DNA of 64,000 bases from NCBI RefSeq assembly GCF_009914755.1, contig NC_060944.1; one strand, 5' to 3'. The notes beneath the pieces were generated by a model. The model saw only the letters and a list, made by a program, of their open reading frames with translations. It did no database searches and was not told the DNA's origin. The translations under genes and the position numbers were made by a program. The DNA comes from the human T2T-CHM13v2.0 reference genome, Homo sapiens. Shown in pieces: positions 59,862-64,000 of the stretch. Within the stretch, counting starts at the first letter, position 1, and every line of letters starts with the position of its first letter.

Positions 59862-62800
59862 GAGTAAGATTCTTCTATCTCCCAAGAACCAATCATCACC
59901 CAAGGAGGTGAATATTGGTTCTTGGGAGATAGAAGAATCTTACTTGCTTACAGGCAGTCTCAAGGGTGGGGGTGATATTGCCCCCTTGAGAATACGTGGG
60001 CTAAAATTTCCACAAAGGAGGGGCTCAGGGTTGTCAAGGAGAGGCAGTCAGGTTAGGATCCGAGTAGAGTCGTTAGGGTCATAGACTCAAGGCGGACTGC
60101 TGCAGTCAGCATCCCAGCTCGGAACCTTACTGAGTGACCTTGGGCCTCAGTTTCCCCATTTGTAAAATGGGGATGGTATTGATGATGACACTCACCTTAT
60201 AATGTGGTCATGAGGATTAAATTAATTAATACAATTAACTTTCTTAGAGAAGTACCTGTCACACAGTAAGAATTTGATAAGTATAAGTGATTATTGTAAT
60301 TATGTTTGAGAAAACCTAAGTTGTCTGTAAGACAGAATGGACGGGGTTTGTTCATGGAGATTGTGAGGCACTGAGCATTGCACCCCCCACTTCTCCAACT
60401 TGACCCTGATGCCACCCCTGGCTGAGGTGTTCAGTGAATATTTGTGGAATAAATGGCATCTCATTCACATCTCTGTCTCCACTTTGAATGAATGAATGAC
60501 GCTAAGGAAATAGATCACGTCTCATTCATCGCAGTTTCCCCTGAAATTCATATACTGTCAGCGTAGGGCTGGTGATGAAAAAATATTTGTCGAATTCATG
60601 AATCCGTCAGTTTCACTGATTCCGTTCAGCAGATCAGCACTGAATGTCTACCCTGCACCAGGTGTTTCTGAGCATGTGTGGGGGGCTGCTTGAGATAAGC
60701 AAGGTGTACTGAGTAAAAGCCTCCTCCCCTCTCAGATCCTCTTCACTAATGCGGATAGACAGAAAATGAGCACATTCACCCCTCTTTGCCCAGCACCCAA
60801 CACTTGACACCTGGGCAGCCCAGGACTTGACCCCAGGACATCCCATACAGAGTTCTTTCTGCTGCTCTGCCCCACGTCCCTCAGATGTGTGACTCCGGGA
60901 CTCACTTGGGGGACATGCAGCCAGTCTCCTAGCTATGCCAGGCCCTGCTTCTGTCTCTCTCTTGCTGTTACCTATGAACTTTTGATTCAGTTTGGACTCT
61001 CGCACACAAGTAAAATAAAACCCAGCCTAAACTGACTTAATATTTTTACAGGAATTTATTGTAAACTGCAGCTATTACGGGCTCCAGAAATAGATGGATC
61101 CGGAGCTCAAACATGTCAGCCAGATTTGGTTCCTCTTTCTGTCTCTCTTTTTCTGTGTTCTGCAGCTGTGCTTTGACAGACTGTGCCCTCGTGGTGGCGA
61201 AGAGGCTGCAGCAGCTCCAGCCTCTTTACCATATGTCATCTTGAGATTCCCTCTCATTGGACCTGCCTGTTAGTTCAGGTGCACACCCCTAAAGCAGTCA
61301 TTGTGGTCAGGGGACTGTGATGCACTGATTGGTCCAGGCTCAGTCACGTGATGCATCCCTGCCAAATTCTCACCAGGGAAGTGTAAGCCATCTCGAACCT
61401 CATTGCCCTGCATGGGACTGTATCAGTGAAAATCTCTCTCTGACGTGTATAACTTGTTTCAGAAACTCTGGTCTTTATGGGTTACCATTCCCGAGGAGAT
61501 CCTCTGCAGGAAGAATAGGTATTTGGTCTTGGGATCCGCTGTGATCCCCTGATCTGTTTCCACCACACTGGGTGAAGGCAGATGGTCTGTCCCTCCCTAT
61601 ATTGTATCAGATCATGTCACTCCCCTGTTTAAAAGCCTTTGTCTCTGGAGATTCCCACTGAAATCAGAAATAAACCCCAATGCCTTGCTGCGACCGCCTT
61701 ACCTGGGCCCAGCACCGTGCAGTTCCTGATGACCTCTCTGACCTCCTCTCGCACACTTGCCCCCTTATCCTCTCCTGAATTTCACTCGCTCTTGCTTCTT
61801 TCAGATCCTTACCCCTCAGGGTCTTTGCACTTTGCTCTTTCCCGTAACCTAGAATGTTCTGTCCCCACGTCTTCATGATGTAACTGGCTCCTTCCTATGC
61901 ATTTAGCAAATGCCACCTCCTCTAAGAGGTCTTCCAAATGTATTGATCCCCTGTTTAACTGAAATCAACAAACATAAATATTCAGTCCAGCATGTGCTCA
62001 GAGTAGCCCCACTGTCCTGCAACTCACCTTTTTTTTCACCCCGCACTGCATTTTGGACATCTCTCCACACCAGCACATGTGGACCGACATGTGACAGCTT
62101 TCTCCTCTGCAGCAGGATGGCTCTTCCCGCCCCTGCTGCCCCCGCCACCCCTGCTCCTTCCATGGCATTATCCCGACTTGTGTGGCAGAGACACAGTGAC
62201 AGGGCAGCCTATCTGAAATGGCGTTCTCAGGCATGCGGATTGTTTTATTACCAGTTAAATATGCTTTATGCTACCTGTGAATGAGGCCATTGTGACATTT
62301 AGCAACTGATTTGATTAAACACAGATGTGGGCTAGACTCCACGTGGAGCAAAGATGCAGGAAGACAGGCTCCGGGTGTGGGTTTGGAGTTTTTAAGACGG
62401 TGAGAAGGACTTGACGACTCACAGCAGCAAGGCAGATGTGGACCAGGCGTCCTGTTGGTCTCAGAGCTGAGAACGCAACATGGGTACCCCAGGAGGCTTT
62501 GTCTGCTTTGGGTTCTGCTGTTTGGTCCTATCCAAATTGTTTTTTTTTTTTTTAACCTTCCCTGGATGTTTTTATTCCTGTGAATTTTTTTAAATGACAA
62601 ATTGGTGAAATGCTAGCACTTTTGACATCTTCAGTGGTGATTATGAAGACACAAAAAATTATCACCGTAGCTCCCGTTTGTTGAACATGTACTCGATGCT
62701 GGGCTCTGGCCCTTGTATCCCACGTCTCACAGAACCACCACATAAGCCAGATAAACAAACTATGCTTAGCTCCACTTTACAGATGAGGAAACTGAGGCTT

Positions 62801-62937
62801 AGAAAGTTCAACCATGTGTCCATAGTTATCAGGGAAAATCATGAGTTATATCTGAATTCTCTGTTGTCTTCCAGCCCGTTCCAGGCTCTGAAATCCAAGG
62901 AGACAGGACCCTGCTCTTTCTCAAAATAGAAATCTCA

Positions 62938-63220
62938 GGACTGGGCATGGTGGCTCACACCTATAATCCCAGAAATTTGGGAGGCCGAGGCGGGCAGATT
63001 GCTTGAGCCCAGAAGTTCGAGACCAGCCTAGGCAAGAGAGCAAAACCCTGTCTCTATAAAAAGTAAAAAACTTAGCTGGGTGTGGTGGTGCACACCTGTA
63101 GTCCCAGCTGCTTGGGAGGCTGAGGTGGGAGGATCGCCTGAGCCCGGGGAGGTTGAGGCTGCAGTGAGCTAAGATCACACGTCTACACTCCAGCCTGGGT
63201 GACAGAGTGAGGCACTGTTG
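62938..63220 (+). mobile_element. Alu (AluJ-like) whose tail has become a GA-rich repeat
   Basis: Full dimer followed by GAAA/GGGA/GGAA arrays. Confidence 0.9.
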
Positions 63221-63360
63221 AAAGAAAGAAAGGGAGAAAGAAGGGAGGGAGGGAGGGAGGAAGGAAGAAAGGAAGGAGGGAGGGAGGGAGGGAAGGAAGA
63301 AGACAGGAAGGAGGGAGGAAGGAAGGAAGGAAGGAAGGAAGGAAGGAAGGAAGGAAGGAA
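63220..63360 (+). repeat. Polypurine compound microsatellite ending in (GGAA)11
   Basis: 63317-63360 is 11 consecutive GGAA units. Confidence 0.95.
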
Positions 63361-64000
63361 TCTCAGCACGTACTAGGCACTCAACAAAGATGTGATGGCT
63401 GAAGGAAAATGAATGAGCAGCTGAGTGAATGAAAGGTTTGCCCAGGAGGTGAGGGGATGGGGCAGGGCTTGCCAGCTGCAGCCAGGTCTTTGCCTTCACC
63501 ACTTTGTATTCTGGGTAAAGAAAAGAAACAGAGAAATAGACTATGAAGCCTGGGATTTGTCCCTTTCTGGAACTTGGGCTGTGGTCAGGGTGCTTGAGTG
63601 GGTGAATTTTGTAACAGGCTCACGCCTCTCTACCCACTTGTGGCTTTTCCATTCTATACATTATCTGCTGACTACTTTTTATATCACCCCCCCCCCCCAT
63701 CTCATACCTCCAGACCTTTTCCACTTGCAGTCCTGGTAGGTTTTCAGCAATTTTATTTTCACATCAACATCAGTAAGACTTTATTAAGATGGAGAACACA
63801 TGCTTTGAGGTGTCACTGTGGAACCAGTACAGAGGTCCCTTTGCTATGGGGAAAGAAATTGTAAGGTGGAAGGGGGGATGTCTGTTCACTGGGATTACCC
63901 ATGAGGCCTCCTTTGCACTGCCGGGGCTGGCATGTCAGATCCATGGGTGACCATGAGTTCACTGTAGGTTGGCCCAAAAGAACTAAGGCAGGCAGTGGCC

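Noticed and set aside
62921-63502. Longest ORF (193 aa, minus strand)
   Set aside because: Translation of the TTCC microsatellite plus an antisense Alu.

Overview
Primate (almost certainly human) genomic DNA from inside the EYA2 gene on the + strand (20q13.12 from recall). The window holds three short GT-AG coding exons: 7602-7647, 11119-11261 and 22340-22456. They splice in frame to GITKSAPLRVSQLFSR...SPYTYQMHG, the Pro/Ser/Thr/Tyr-rich N-terminal domain, probably exons 3-5 (about codons 37-139). The rest is intron: about 20 Alus, MIR/L2/L1 relics, MaLR LTRs, hAT DNA-transposon relics and a decayed GAPDH processed pseudogene. None of the supplied ORFs is a credible independent gene. The most unusual signal is three locally templated copy events of different apparent ages. 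(i) A 320-bp, ~98% identical inverted copy pasted into an MST LTR and followed by stuttered junction repeats. (ii) A 150-bp, ~93% identical direct copy 3.9 kb from its source. (iii) A 120-bp, ~89% identical inverted copy bracketed by an 18-bp direct repeat. Other points of interest are a twin-priming-like inverted ancient L1, a stop-free 306-nt exon 3-5 circle, and several motif-level regulatory candidates. I found no evidence of a wholly new multi-gene system. Repeat subfamily names were assigned by eye and their boundaries are approximate.
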